From an uncultured Nitrospiraceae bacterium (lineage in GTDB: Bacteria > Nitrospirota > Nitrospiria > Nitrospirales > Nitrospiraceae), in contig CAVPLT010000007.1 of assembly GCA_963706325.1 (NCBI GenBank), positions 768,001 to 832,000 on the forward strand: DNA of 64,000 bases, read 5' to 3'. Below the pieces are notes generated by a model. The model searched no databases. It was not told the origin of the DNA and saw only the letters and a program-made list of their open reading frames with translations. The position numbers and the translations under genes are program-made. Shown in pieces: positions 40,436-50,267 of this stretch; within the stretch, counting starts at the first letter, position 1; each line of letters begins with the position of its first letter.

Positions 40436-41160
40436 ATGAGCGGACCTCCGGCACAGACTCCCTCGGCGACTCCTCCTCCGAAACCATCCTTGTTGAAGCG
40501 GGCGACGAATGCCGTGAAGGTCGCGGTGGTACCGCCGGTCGGGTATCATGTGATCCGACTGTTGAGTCGGACGATGACGCTGCGCGTCGAGGGTGGCGAG
40601 CATCTATCCCAGAGATTCGCTGAGGGGAAACGGGTGATTCTCGCTTTTTGGCATGCCCAGCAATTGATGATGCCGTTGGCTTTTCCAGGCTTGGAGGCCC
40701 ATGTGCTGATCAGTCAGCATCGCGATGGAGAATTGATCCGCCGCATCGTGGCGCGGTTCGGCTTAGACGCCGTTCGTGGTTCGAGCACCAGAGGCGGCGC
40801 GGAGGCCTTTCGGAAGCTGATTCGCCTCGGCCGCTCCGGATCCAATTTGGTGCTCACTCCTGATGGACCGAAGGGCCCGCGGCAAATCGCGAAGGTGGGC
40901 GTAGTCCAGTTAGCGAGGGCGACCGGATTGCCGATCGTCCCCATGGCGTTTGGTTGCTCAAAAAAAAACTCTTCGCCAGCTGGGATCGCTTCATCATGCC
41001 CTATCCGTTCACGCGGGGCTTTATCCGGTTTGGGCCGCCGATCGTCATCCCGTCCGACTCGTCCATTGACGACTTGGATCGCCATCGCCGGGAGTTGGAA
41101 GAGACGCTGAACCGCATGACAATCGAAGCCGATGCGGCGGTCCGGCGGGCCGGTCCGTAA
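40436..41160 (+). CDS. DUF374/LpxJ-like lipid A acyltransferase, split by a -1 frame change at an A9 run (40960-40968)
   Basis: Frame 0: AFWH, LISQHRDGE, VRGSSTRGG, TPDGPKGP, LA..TG.PIVP. The family C-terminus (SWDRFIMPYPFTR...FGPPI) is in the -1 frame, which ends at TAA 41158-41160 overlapping the waaA ATG. Confidence 0.85.
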
Positions 41161-42521
41161 TGTGGTACCTGCTGTACAATAGCCTCCTGCTCCTTGCTTC
41201 CCCGGTTATTCTGCTCGTCTTGTTGGCCAAGCAACGATGTCGTCGTGGGCTTCCGCAGCGCTTGGGGTTGGCGGCGGAGCCACCCTCGGACCAGTCCGTC
41301 GACAATCCGGATCAGGTGATCTGGATCCATGCGGTGTCGTTGGGTGAGGTCGTTGCAGTGGCGCCGCTCGTCCGCGATTTGCACAGACGCTATCCTGCGG
41401 CGAGGTTGATCGTCTCGACGGTGACGGAAACAGGACGCGAGGCGCTGGAGCAGCGTCTGGAAGGTATTGCCGAACATCGGTATGCTCCGCTGGATTTTCC
41501 CTGGGTCGTCAACCAGGTCATTGCGCGGATCAATCCTGCCCTCTACGTCTTTGTCGAGACGGAACTCTGGCCGAATCTCCTGCGCAGTTTGCGGCGGCGG
41601 AAGATTCCGTCCATTCTTGTCAACGGACGGTTGTCCACGCGATCGTTCGAGCGGCAGCGTCTGCCGGTGATCCGGAATTTCTATCGCACGATGTTGAACA
41701 TGATCAGCTGTTGCCTCATGCAATCGGAGCGAGACGCCAAGCGGATGGTCGCGCTGGGAGCGGAGCCCCTGCGGGTCCGTTGTACTGGCAATATCAAATT
41801 CGATCAGCCGGTTCCGCTGGTGGAGGCCGGCGGTGGCGCCATCTCGAAAGCCTCGTTGGGGGTGAGCGATCACGAGCAATTGTTGGTGGCTGGGAGCACG
41901 CATCCCGGTGAGGAGGAGGCGCTTGTCACTGCCTATCAGTCGCTCTCTGCGGAGTCGCCCGATCTCCTGTTAGTGCTGGCGCCTCGCCATATCGAGCGGG
42001 CGGCGCAGGTCGAGCAGATGGTCCGAAGTCGAGGACTCACGGTCTCACGCCGCAGTACCGGCGACGGAGGGCAGATGGCCGGGAGCGGACCGCGGGTGCT
42101 CATCCTGGATACGCGGGGCGAATTGGCGCTGCTCTATCGCGATGCCGTAGTGGCCTTTGTGGGTGGGACGTTGGTCCCGATTGGAGGCCACAATCTTTTG
42201 GAGCCGGCGGTATGGGGAAAGCCGGTTTTCTTCGGCCCGCATACTGACCATTGCGCCGACGTGGCGGCGTTGTTGATGAACGCTCAAGGCGGGCGAGTCG
42301 TGCTAGATGCGCAACAGTTTGCGCAGGCCTTGCGGGAGCTCCTCCGCGATCCTGATGGCTTGCGACGGATGGGGCAGGCTGCTCAACAGGTCGTCACGGA
42401 TAACCAGGGCGCGCTCCAACGAACGGCGGACATCATTGCGACGTTTCTTCCTGGACGGGCGGATCTCGCAGCGCCCAGTGCGGCGGAGGGGCTGCGCCAC
42501 TTGTCGAGTCGGCAATCGTGA
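41160..42521 (+). CDS. waaA: Kdo transferase
   Basis: IWIHAVSLGE, YAPLD, ETELWPN, NGRLS, GNIKFD, AGSTH.GE, LAPRH.ER, FVGG.L...GGHN.LEPA. Confidence 0.96.
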   Translation: MWYLLYNSLLLLASPVILLVLLAKQRCRRGLPQRLGLAAEPPSDQSVDNPDQVIWIHAVSLGEVVAVAPLVRDLHRRYPAARLIVSTVTETGREALEQRLEGIAEHRYAPLDFPWVVNQVIARINPALYVFVETELWPNLLRSLRRRKIPSILVNGRLSTRSFERQRLPVIRNFYRTMLNMISCCLMQSERDAKRMVALGAEPLRVRCTGNIKFDQPVPLVEAGGGAISKASLGVSDHEQLLVAGSTHPGEEEALVTAYQSLSAESPDLLLVLAPRHIERAAQVEQMVRSRGLTVSRRSTGDGGQMAGSGPRVLILDTRGELALLYRDAVVAFVGGTLVPIGGHNLLEPAVWGKPVFFGPHTDHCADVAALLMNAQGGRVVLDAQQFAQALRELLRDPDGLRRMGQAAQQVVTDNQGALQRTADIIATFLPGRADLAAPSAAEGLRHLSSRQS

Positions 42522-43600
42522 TGACGACTCAGCTGTCGAGGTGGTTGGGTATCTGTTTGCGCTGGGTTGGAGCGCCCTACGAAGTAGCGGCTCGTGCTCG
42601 GCTGTGGGGTTACGAGCAGGGGTGGTTCCGCACGCAGCGCTTGACTCGCCCTGTGATCAGCGTCGGGAATCTCACGGTAGGAGGAACGGGAAAAACACCT
42701 GTAGTCATGCATCTAGTCGAACGGTTGACGGCGCAAGGAATGCGAGTAGCAGTCTTAAGTCGCGGGTATCGGCGTCGGAGTCAAGCACCGCAGCTCTTAG
42801 TGTCAGACGGTCAACGCGTCCTTATCGGTCCGGAGGAAGCCGGAGATGAGCCCTACTTGATCGCACGCCGCTGTCCTCAGGCTGTGGTTGCCGTGGGCGC
42901 TGATCGGTATGCGCTGGGCCAATGGGTGCTAAGTCGGCTGCCGGTCGATTGTTTTCTGTTGGATGACGGCTTTCAGCATGTGCAACTGCATCGCGATCTC
43001 AATCTCTTGCTGGTGGATGCGACAGATCTCAAGGGCATTCAGGCCGCATTGCCGATCGGGCGCTTGCGGGAACCGCTTTCGGCTGCGGTCCGCGCCACGG
43101 CCATTGTGATTACCAGGGTGAATCAAGCGAAGGATGCGGAGGCTGTGTGGAGTCGTCTCCTCCAGGCCAACGGCTCGCTTCCGCCGCCGTTGCTGGTGGG
43201 ATTTCCTGCCGATGATTTTCGACGGGTAGGCGGAGACGAGCAGCGCCCACTGGACGCGTTTCGTGGCTGCTCGGCCGTCATCTTCAGCGGGATCGGCAAT
43301 GCCGGATCTTTCCATGCATTGGTGGAAGGCCTGGGTGTGACGGTGGTGGAGACTCTGGCATTTCCCGACCATGTGCATTATACCGATGGCATGCTGAAAA
43401 CCATTCGAGCCAAGGCACAGGCCTGTGGCGCGGATCTGTTAATGACGACGGAGAAGGATGCCGACAAGGTGGCGCGTTTTCTGGGCTCAACTGATTTCTG
43501 TTGGGCCGTCAGGCTCCGGACAGAGATTCTGAGGGGACAGGATCAGCTGGAGCAGTTGTTACGACTCGATCCACAGGTGACAAAGGCAGGCCATGCGTAA
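42518..43600 (+). CDS. lpxK: Tetraacyldisaccharide 4'-kinase
   Basis: PVISVGNLTVGGTGKTP, LSRGY, GDEP, LDDGFQH, G.LRE, FPDH, TTEKD. Confidence 0.96.
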   Translation: MMTTQLSRWLGICLRWVGAPYEVAARARLWGYEQGWFRTQRLTRPVISVGNLTVGGTGKTPVVMHLVERLTAQGMRVAVLSRGYRRRSQAPQLLVSDGQRVLIGPEEAGDEPYLIARRCPQAVVAVGADRYALGQWVLSRLPVDCFLLDDGFQHVQLHRDLNLLLVDATDLKGIQAALPIGRLREPLSAAVRATAIVITRVNQAKDAEAVWSRLLQANGSLPPPLLVGFPADDFRRVGGDEQRPLDAFRGCSAVIFSGIGNAGSFHALVEGLGVTVVETLAFPDHVHYTDGMLKTIRAKAQACGADLLMTTEKDADKVARFLGSTDFCWAVRLRTEILRGQDQLEQLLRLDPQVTKAGHA

Positions 43601-45290
43601 GGAAGGCATTCATCGCATCGTCGTCCGCGGCCCCAATTGGCTGGGGGACGCCGTGATGTGTGAGCCCGCCTTGAGCCAGGTGCGCGCGATTTTTCCTCAG
43701 GCCGAGATTACGCTCCTTGTCAAGCCGGCGATTGCCGATCTGCTGGCGCAGCATCCCGCAGTGAATCGGACGCTGGTGTACGACGACCGAGGACGCCATG
43801 CAGGCCTCACCGGTAAATGGACGCTGGCCGGCGTGCTGCGCCGCCATCGATTCGACCTCGCCATTTTGTTTCAGAATGCGTTTGAGGCCGCCTTGATTAG
43901 TTTCCTGGCAGGCATCTCTCGACGACTCGGGTATGCGACAGATGGCCGGAGCCTGTTGCTGACGGACCCCGTGTCCGTACCGCCACGAAACGGCCAGAAG
44001 CATCAAGTCACATACTATTGGGATTTGTTGAAGCCGCTTGGGGGACATGGCCCAGCGCCGGCGCCGCGCCTGTTTGTCACCCCGGAAGAATCTGCTGCGA
44101 TCACCAAGCGATTGGTTGATGCCGGGATCGGCACGTCGGATCCGGTCATCGGCGTCAATCCCGGCTCGACCTATGGCCATGCTAAACGGTGGCTGCCGGA
44201 ACGGTATGCCGAGGTCGTCAATCGCGTGCTGAACGATATGCAGGCTCAAACCGGCGCCAAAGTCGGCGTGGCCATTCTCGGGGCCCCGGGCGAAGAACCG
44301 TTGGGGCATGCGATCGCCAAAAAAATTAAGACGCGCACGGTCGTCTGTTCCGGTCAGACCACGGTGCGGGAATTGATGGCGCTTGTGAAGCGCTGCCAGT
44401 TGTTTCTGACGAACGATACGGGGCCCATGCATGTGGCCGCGGCGTTCAAGGTGCCGCTCGTGGCGGTGTTCGGGCCGACCGATTGGCAGACCACCTCCCC
44501 CTATGGCGTCGAGGCGAAACTCGTCCGTCAGCCGGTCTCCTGTGCCCCTTGTTTGCTGCGGGAATGTCCTATCGATCACCGCTGTATGACGGGCGTGACG
44601 GTAGACCAAGTACACGGCGCCGCCCTTGAGCATCTGCCGCTGGCGGCCCCTTTCCTGGCATCAGATCCAATGTCTTCCAAAGGCAGCATTGATCAGGTCT
44701 CACTGCCGGGAGTCACGGTATTTTTGGATCGGGACGGCACGCTCAACGAAGACACCGGCTACATCAAATCTCCTGATGAGCTGACATTGCTGCCTGGAGT
44801 GGGAGCAGCGCTGGCCCGGCTCAAGCACGCCGGTGTGCGCCTCGTCGTCGTGACGAATCAGTCTGGACTGGGGCGCGGATACTTTGACGGCAAGGATCTT
44901 GATGCGATTCACAGCAAGCTGCGACTCTTGCTGGCCGAGGATAAGGTGGCGCTCGACGGGTTGTATTTTTGTCCCCATCATCCGGATGATCGGTGCAATT
45001 GTCGCAAGCCGGCTCCCGGCATGATCGATCGGGCGGTTGCCGAATTGAAGGTGGACTTGGGTCGGGCCTATGTCATTGGAGACAGCGCGCGAGACATCGA
45101 GCTGGCCAAACAGGTCGGCGCGCAGAGCCTGTTGGTCCTGACCGGCCCATCGGGGAGAGAGACATTAGCCGATCTGACCGATCGAGGTCTGGCGCCGGAC
45201 CATGTAGCCGATGCCTTGCCGCAAGCGGTAGAGTGGATACTCGCCCATGCGACCTGTAGGCCGGTTGCTTCACAGGCACATCCCTGCTAG
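43593..45290 (+). CDS. waaF: Heptosyltransferase II (GT9, WaaF-like) fused to D,D-heptose 1,7-bisphosphate phosphatase (GmhB)
   Basis: N-part: PNWLGDAVM, NPG..YG.AKRW, NDTGPMHVAAA, FGPT, C.PC..R.CP..H.CM. C-part: VFLDRDGTLN, VVTNQSG, CPHHP...C.CRKP.PGM, IGDS..D. One ORF with no stop in the linker. Confidence 0.9.
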   Translation: MRKEGIHRIVVRGPNWLGDAVMCEPALSQVRAIFPQAEITLLVKPAIADLLAQHPAVNRTLVYDDRGRHAGLTGKWTLAGVLRRHRFDLAILFQNAFEAALISFLAGISRRLGYATDGRSLLLTDPVSVPPRNGQKHQVTYYWDLLKPLGGHGPAPAPRLFVTPEESAAITKRLVDAGIGTSDPVIGVNPGSTYGHAKRWLPERYAEVVNRVLNDMQAQTGAKVGVAILGAPGEEPLGHAIAKKIKTRTVVCSGQTTVRELMALVKRCQLFLTNDTGPMHVAAAFKVPLVAVFGPTDWQTTSPYGVEAKLVRQPVSCAPCLLRECPIDHRCMTGVTVDQVHGAALEHLPLAAPFLASDPMSSKGSIDQVSLPGVTVFLDRDGTLNEDTGYIKSPDELTLLPGVGAALARLKHAGVRLVVVTNQSGLGRGYFDGKDLDAIHSKLRLLLAEDKVALDGLYFCPHHPDDRCNCRKPAPGMIDRAVAELKVDLGRAYVIGDSARDIELAKQVGAQSLLVLTGPSGRETLADLTDRGLAPDHVADALPQAVEWILAHATCRPVASQAHPC

Positions 45291-45312
45291 CGGCCTCGTC
45301 ACTGGTGGCTGA

Positions 45313-46356
45313 ATGACCGACCCTGTTCGCCGACTGCTATTTATTAAACCGAGTTCACTTGGCGACATCGTCCATGCGATGCCGACACTCGCCGCGTTGC
45401 GCGCTCGGTTTTCTCACGCTGAGGTGACGTGGCTGGTAAAGCGGCAATGGGCGCCGTTGGTGGAAACCATCGACGGGGTGGATCAGGTCTGCGCGGTGGA
45501 GACGGGGCTCTCGGGCTGGCTGGGGCGAGTACCTGAACTTCGTGCGGCTCGGTTCGATCTGGTGGTTGATCTCCAAGGGCTTTTCAGGAGCGGCGCGATG
45601 GCGTGGTTGACCGGCTGCGGCCGTCGGATCGGATTTGCCAACGCGCGTGAGGGCAGCCGGCTGTTCTATACCCAGCGAGTTGGCGTGCCGCATGCCTCGA
45701 TGCATGCGGTCGATCGATATCTGTTGGTCGCGGAAGCGCTCGGTGCGGATCGTCCCGTGCCGCCTCGCTTCGATTTCGTCGACCATCCTCAAGACCGGCC
45801 GGCCGTGGAAGCGATCCTCACCAGCGCCGGAGTGGTCGCCTCTCTGCCGTGGATTGCAATCAACGCCTCCGCGCGCTGGGAGACCAAACGCTGGCCCCCG
45901 CAACATTTTGCGGAAGCGGCGGATCAGTTGTCGCAGGCGCATGCGTTGCCGATCGTGTTCATCGGAGGAGTGGCTGAGCGGCCGGAAGCTCTCGCGGTGA
46001 TGGCGCTCATGCGGACGAAAGCGGTTGATCTCACAGGACAGACCCCTGTAGGCTTGCTGCCCAGTTTATTGCGAAAGGCGGCTGTCTTGATCACCAACGA
46101 TTCCGGACCGATGCACATTGCGGCGGCGGTGGGGACGCCGGTGGTGGCGTTATTCGGGCCGACTGATCCGCGCAGAACGGGTCCCTATGGCCAGGGACAT
46201 CTCGTCCTGTCGCAGACGGTGGAATGCAGTCCGTGTTTTCGGCGAGATTGTACGAGGGCCGTGAGGCTCGAATGTCTGACTGAAGTCAAGCCGGACCAGG
46301 TGGTTCGCGCCGTACAACAGCAACTTGCTCCGTCATTGAAGCAGAGATTGTTGTGA
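45313..46356 (+). CDS. Heptosyltransferase (GT9, WaaC-like)
   Basis: IKPSSLGDIVH..P, DLQGLFRS, HAVDRY, W.TKRWP, NDSGPMHIAAA.G.P..ALFGPT. Confidence 0.9.
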   Translation: MTDPVRRLLFIKPSSLGDIVHAMPTLAALRARFSHAEVTWLVKRQWAPLVETIDGVDQVCAVETGLSGWLGRVPELRAARFDLVVDLQGLFRSGAMAWLTGCGRRIGFANAREGSRLFYTQRVGVPHASMHAVDRYLLVAEALGADRPVPPRFDFVDHPQDRPAVEAILTSAGVVASLPWIAINASARWETKRWPPQHFAEAADQLSQAHALPIVFIGGVAERPEALAVMALMRTKAVDLTGQTPVGLLPSLLRKAAVLITNDSGPMHIAAAVGTPVVALFGPTDPRRTGPYGQGHLVLSQTVECSPCFRRDCTRAVRLECLTEVKPDQVVRAVQQQLAPSLKQRLL

Positions 46357-47456
46357 ATATTTTGATTGCGGAATCCAGCAGGTCGATGGGCGGGCAGGAA
46401 TTGGCTGTCCTGCTGCATGCCGAACGACTCTGCAAGCGGGGTCATCGCGTACGGTTGGTTTTGGAGCCGCATAGTCCCATCATGGCGATGGCGAAGGAGC
46501 GCAGCTTGCCGGTGGAACCGTTCATCATGCAGCAATGGCGCCTGCCTTGGTCGATCCTTGCCTTTCGTCGTTTGTTGAAACAGGATCATCCGGACATCGT
46601 CCATGTGAACAGCTCGCGTGACAGCTGGCTTGCGACACTGGCGACTCGGTTAGTCGACCCGCGTCCCAAAGTCATTCGTACCAGGCATATTTCCGCGCCC
46701 CTTACCAACAACCGGGCCACGCACCTGTTGTACCGGAAGTTGTTCGATATGGTCATCGTGACCGGTGGAGAACGCAACCGCCAGGAGCTGATACATCGAG
46801 ACGGGTTGAGGCCTGACCGGGTGGCAGCCTTTCCCATCGGATTGGACGTGGAGTATTTTTCGCCCGCCAAACCTCTGCGGAATATTCGAGTAGAACTGGG
46901 CATTCCATCCAGTCATCGACTCGTCGGGATTATTTCCTATCTGCGGGACTATAAAGGGCACCGCTATTTTGTCGAGGCGGCCGCCAAGGTGTTGAAGCAG
47001 CATCAGAGGGTGGCCTTTCTCATTGTCGGAGAAGGCCCGGAGGAGCAGAACATCCGTGGGCAGATTGAGCGCCTCGACCTAACGGCCGACGTCCGCATGC
47101 TAGGGTTTCGCGACGACCTGCTGGATGTATTTCGATCCCTGGACCTGTTCGTCATCCCCACGGTCGAAGGCGACACCATCCCACAGGTGTTGATGCAAGC
47201 CTTGGCGCTCGGCCTTCCGGTGGTGTCGACGACGACCGGATCGATTCCGGATGTCGTGGCCGATGGAGAATCTGGGTTCATCGTCCCGCCGCGCGATGTC
47301 GATGCGCTAGCCGATCGGATTGAGCGGTTATTACTCGATCCCGATCTGCGGACGTCGATGGGCCGACGCGGCCGCCAGACGGTGGAACGTTCCTTCTCGA
47401 TCGACCGTATGGTGGATGAATTGGAAGGGGTCTATCGGCGGGTGATAGAACCATGA
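46353..47456 (+). CDS. Glycosyltransferase family 4
   Basis: GGQE, D.VHVNSSRD, TRH, KGH, GFRDD, P.V...TG...DVV.DG.SG. The EX7E motif is atypical (DTIPQVLMQ). Confidence 0.88.
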   Translation: MNILIAESSRSMGGQELAVLLHAERLCKRGHRVRLVLEPHSPIMAMAKERSLPVEPFIMQQWRLPWSILAFRRLLKQDHPDIVHVNSSRDSWLATLATRLVDPRPKVIRTRHISAPLTNNRATHLLYRKLFDMVIVTGGERNRQELIHRDGLRPDRVAAFPIGLDVEYFSPAKPLRNIRVELGIPSSHRLVGIISYLRDYKGHRYFVEAAAKVLKQHQRVAFLIVGEGPEEQNIRGQIERLDLTADVRMLGFRDDLLDVFRSLDLFVIPTVEGDTIPQVLMQALALGLPVVSTTTGSIPDVVADGESGFIVPPRDVDALADRIERLLLDPDLRTSMGRRGRQTVERSFSIDRMVDELEGVYRRVIEP

Positions 47457-48588
47457 TGGCACGATGTGCTGAAGCGAGGTCGTCAGTCCGAAAAACGGTC
47501 CTCTTCTGGTGGATTTTATCCGTCGTGATGCAAACGACGGAGCGTCTCTTCCTGCTCCGTGATGCGTTCGCGCAAGAAACGCCGACGCTGTCTCTTTTGC
47601 TACATACGCTGGCTCAGAATCCAATCTTGTTCGCCAGCGAGGCATCGCGGGTTGCTTGGGTTTCTCGAGGATCGATGGCGCAGCGGGCAAATACCGAGAT
47701 CATGCCGTATGACGTCGCTGTGCGCACGGCGCAGGGTCTGTTAGGACCGGGAGAGGTCTTCCCGAATCCACGGTACCCATTGGTCCGAGCCATGATGGCC
47801 AATGCCGACGGCATACGCTTCACCGAGCCCGCCAACGTGATCATCCTGTTTTTGGAAGGGTTGGACCCCCGATATCTGGGGCAGACCTACGGCGAGGTGC
47901 GCGGAACTCCGTTTCTGGATCGCTTAAGGGAAGACAGCGTCTATTTCACCAATTTCTTCTCCAATGGCGTTCAGACTTCCTGGGGACTCTTCGCCACTCT
48001 TTGCAGCACGTACCCGCGGCATGGGGACAGCGCAATGAAAACGCGTTATGCCCACGATTATCTTTGCCTGCCATCGCTTTTGCAGCGCCAAAGCTACAGT
48101 ACGGAAATGGTGATCGGGCAGCTTCGGGATCTCAACCGACTGCAAACTTTTTTCTCTCGAAATGGCTTGCAACAGCTGCTGGACGAGGGTGATTTCCCTT
48201 TGCAGGCGGAGCGGGCGGGGTTGGGCATCGTCGACGGCCCGCTCTTCGATCTCTGTTATGAACGGATCAAGCCCTGCCTCCTCGCCGGGATTGTTTGCCG
48301 GATCAGGTGGCCTATCTCATCAGCATCTACGACAATATGGTCAGGTTAGCCAGTCGTGACGGCGTCTTATTGTACTCGTTTCTGACAGAGCGGCTTCAGA
48401 CCAGGAATCTGGCTTTCGAACTCCTGCCGGACGAGCAGGAGGGCAGGCCGTCCCTCTCGGCCTCCCGCTATCAGGAGTTGTTGGCGCTCTACGAAGTGTC
48501 CAATCTGGCGCTGGATTCCAATCGTATTTGATCCTGGCGGGAGTTTGGTTCACGGCTCCGAATGTGTGTTCCGGGTACTCGCCTGTGA
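47453..48588 (+). pseudogene. Decayed LTA-synthase/alkaline-phosphatase-superfamily (LtaS/MdoB-like) transferase
   Basis: NVIILFLEG, FFSNG.QTS.GLF, GIVDG.LF are recognisable, but only one N-terminal TM remains. Homology breaks near 48270, C-terminal fragments sit in other frames, and there is an in-frame TGA at 48529-48531. Confidence 0.7.
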
Positions 48589-48596
48589 AAGGTTGA

Positions 48597-49427
48597 ATGT
48601 CTGCTCGAGAAGAAATCGTGCCTGTGAGGCACACACCGATCACGGCGGTGGTCATCGCCTATAATGATGAACCCAACATGCGAGCCTGCCTGGAGTCCAT
48701 CACCTGGGCGGATGAAATAATCGTGGTTGATTCGCACAGCACCGATGCCACGGAACGCATCAGCCGCGAATTCACCGAGCAGGTATACCAGCATGACTTT
48801 CATGGCTTCGGCCGTCTGCGCAATGAGGCCCTCGCGCATGCCACGCACGACTGGGTGTTCAGTTTGGATACCGACGAGCGCGCGACCCCGGAGTTGCGGG
48901 ATGAGATTCGGCAGGTGTTAGATGCCGGTCCCCAGGCTGATGCCTACTTGGTGCCACGCAAGAATTATTTTCTCGGCCGCTGGATCAAGCATTGCGGCTG
49001 GTTTCCCGACTATCGGCAGCCGCAACTCTTTCGCAAGAGCCGCCTGCGCTATCGAGACGAGCTGGTTCATGAAAGTTTCGATCTGGACGGTCGCCTCGGC
49101 CATCTCACCGCCGCCGCTCTGCAGTTCCCATTTCGGGACATCGATCATTATTTGGCGAAGCAAGAACGCTATTCAGATCTGATGGCGCGCCGCATGGTCG
49201 AGCAAGGACGCTCCTTTTCCTGGCATCAGCTGCTGTCGCATCCCTGCTTCACATTCTTGAAGATGTATGTCGGACGAAAAGGCTGCCTCGATGGGGTACC
49301 GGGCCTCATTTTGTCCGGGCTCTACGCGTATTATACGTTCATTAAATATGCTCGTTTTTGGGAGCTGCAAGGCATAGCGGCGGTTGCCGAACGTCCGGTG
49401 GCTCCGATGAAGCAAGGGCAGGGATGA
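48597..49427 (+). CDS. Glycosyltransferase family 2 (WaaE/KdtX-like)
   Basis: ITAVVIAYNDE, WADEIIVVDS.STD.T, WVFSLD.DER, G.WI.H.GW.PD...LF, VHE. Confidence 0.9.
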   Translation: MSAREEIVPVRHTPITAVVIAYNDEPNMRACLESITWADEIIVVDSHSTDATERISREFTEQVYQHDFHGFGRLRNEALAHATHDWVFSLDTDERATPELRDEIRQVLDAGPQADAYLVPRKNYFLGRWIKHCGWFPDYRQPQLFRKSRLRYRDELVHESFDLDGRLGHLTAAALQFPFRDIDHYLAKQERYSDLMARRMVEQGRSFSWHQLLSHPCFTFLKMYVGRKGCLDGVPGLILSGLYAYYTFIKYARFWELQGIAAVAERPVAPMKQGQG

Positions 49428-50218
49428 AGGACATCGGGGTGGAGCAGAAGCGAAGGTCCATGATCGCGGCAGTGGTTATTACGAAAGATGAAGAAAACAA
49501 CATCGTGGACTGTCTTGAATCAGTACGCTGGGCTGACGAACTCATTGTGGTGGACGCGGAGAGCCGAGATCGGACTGTGGAACTGGCGCAGCGGTATACA
49601 TCGCGAGTGGTTGTCCGGCCATGGGCGGGGTACGGTCCTCAAAAAAACTTTGGCATCGATCAAGCCGGGGCAGACTGGATCCTCGTCGTGGATGCCGACG
49701 AGCGAGTGACCGACGGCTTGCGGCGGGAAATCCAGAACCTATTGGCCGGTGGGCCGCCGGCGGAGATCGGGGGGTATGAGATTCCGCGGCGGAACTTCTT
49801 TTACGGGAAATGGATTCAAGGCGGCGGCCTGTTCCCTGACTATCAACTGCGGCTCTTCCGAACGACGTCCGGCCGTTATGACGATGTGCGGCTGCACGAA
49901 CACCTCACGCTCAGCGGGCGTCGGGAACGGCTTCATGAGCCGTTCGATCACTACAGCATGCCCACCGTGAAACATCACATCCGCAAGATGATGCGGTACA
50001 CCACCCTGGGCGCCGATGAAAAACTGAAACGCACCATGTCGATCAGCGGCTGGGTCATTGCGACCCACCATCTTGGCACGATACTAAAGACCCTGTTCGT
50101 GCGCGGCGGCTATCGGGATGGCGTGCATGGCTTGGTGGTGGCGATGTTTGCCGGCCTCCATACGTTCGTCAAATATGCCAAGGCTTGGGAGCGGTTGAAT
50201 GTGAGGCGCGACGGATGA
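49424..50218 (+). CDS. Glycosyltransferase family 2 (WaaE/KdtX-like), tandem paralogue
   Basis: AVVITKDEE, WADELIVVD.ES.D.T, WILVVDADER, PDYQLRLF, G..DG.HG, KYAK. ATGA overlap with the upstream GT2. Confidence 0.9.
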   Translation: MKDIGVEQKRRSMIAAVVITKDEENNIVDCLESVRWADELIVVDAESRDRTVELAQRYTSRVVVRPWAGYGPQKNFGIDQAGADWILVVDADERVTDGLRREIQNLLAGGPPAEIGGYEIPRRNFFYGKWIQGGGLFPDYQLRLFRTTSGRYDDVRLHEHLTLSGRRERLHEPFDHYSMPTVKHHIRKMMRYTTLGADEKLKRTMSISGWVIATHHLGTILKTLFVRGGYRDGVHGLVVAMFAGLHTFVKYAKAWERLNVRRDG

Positions 50219-50267
50219 GCGGGCTATGCGCGGTGCATGCCATGTTAGTGGAGGCGTCTTTCGCTTG

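Noticed and set aside
43509..44633. Long antisense ORFs (this 374-aa one, also 41001-41903, 36462-37307, 28525-29379, 58570-59370)
   Set aside because: They lie opposite well-supported genes, show no recognisable motifs, and are expected shadows of GC-rich codon usage.
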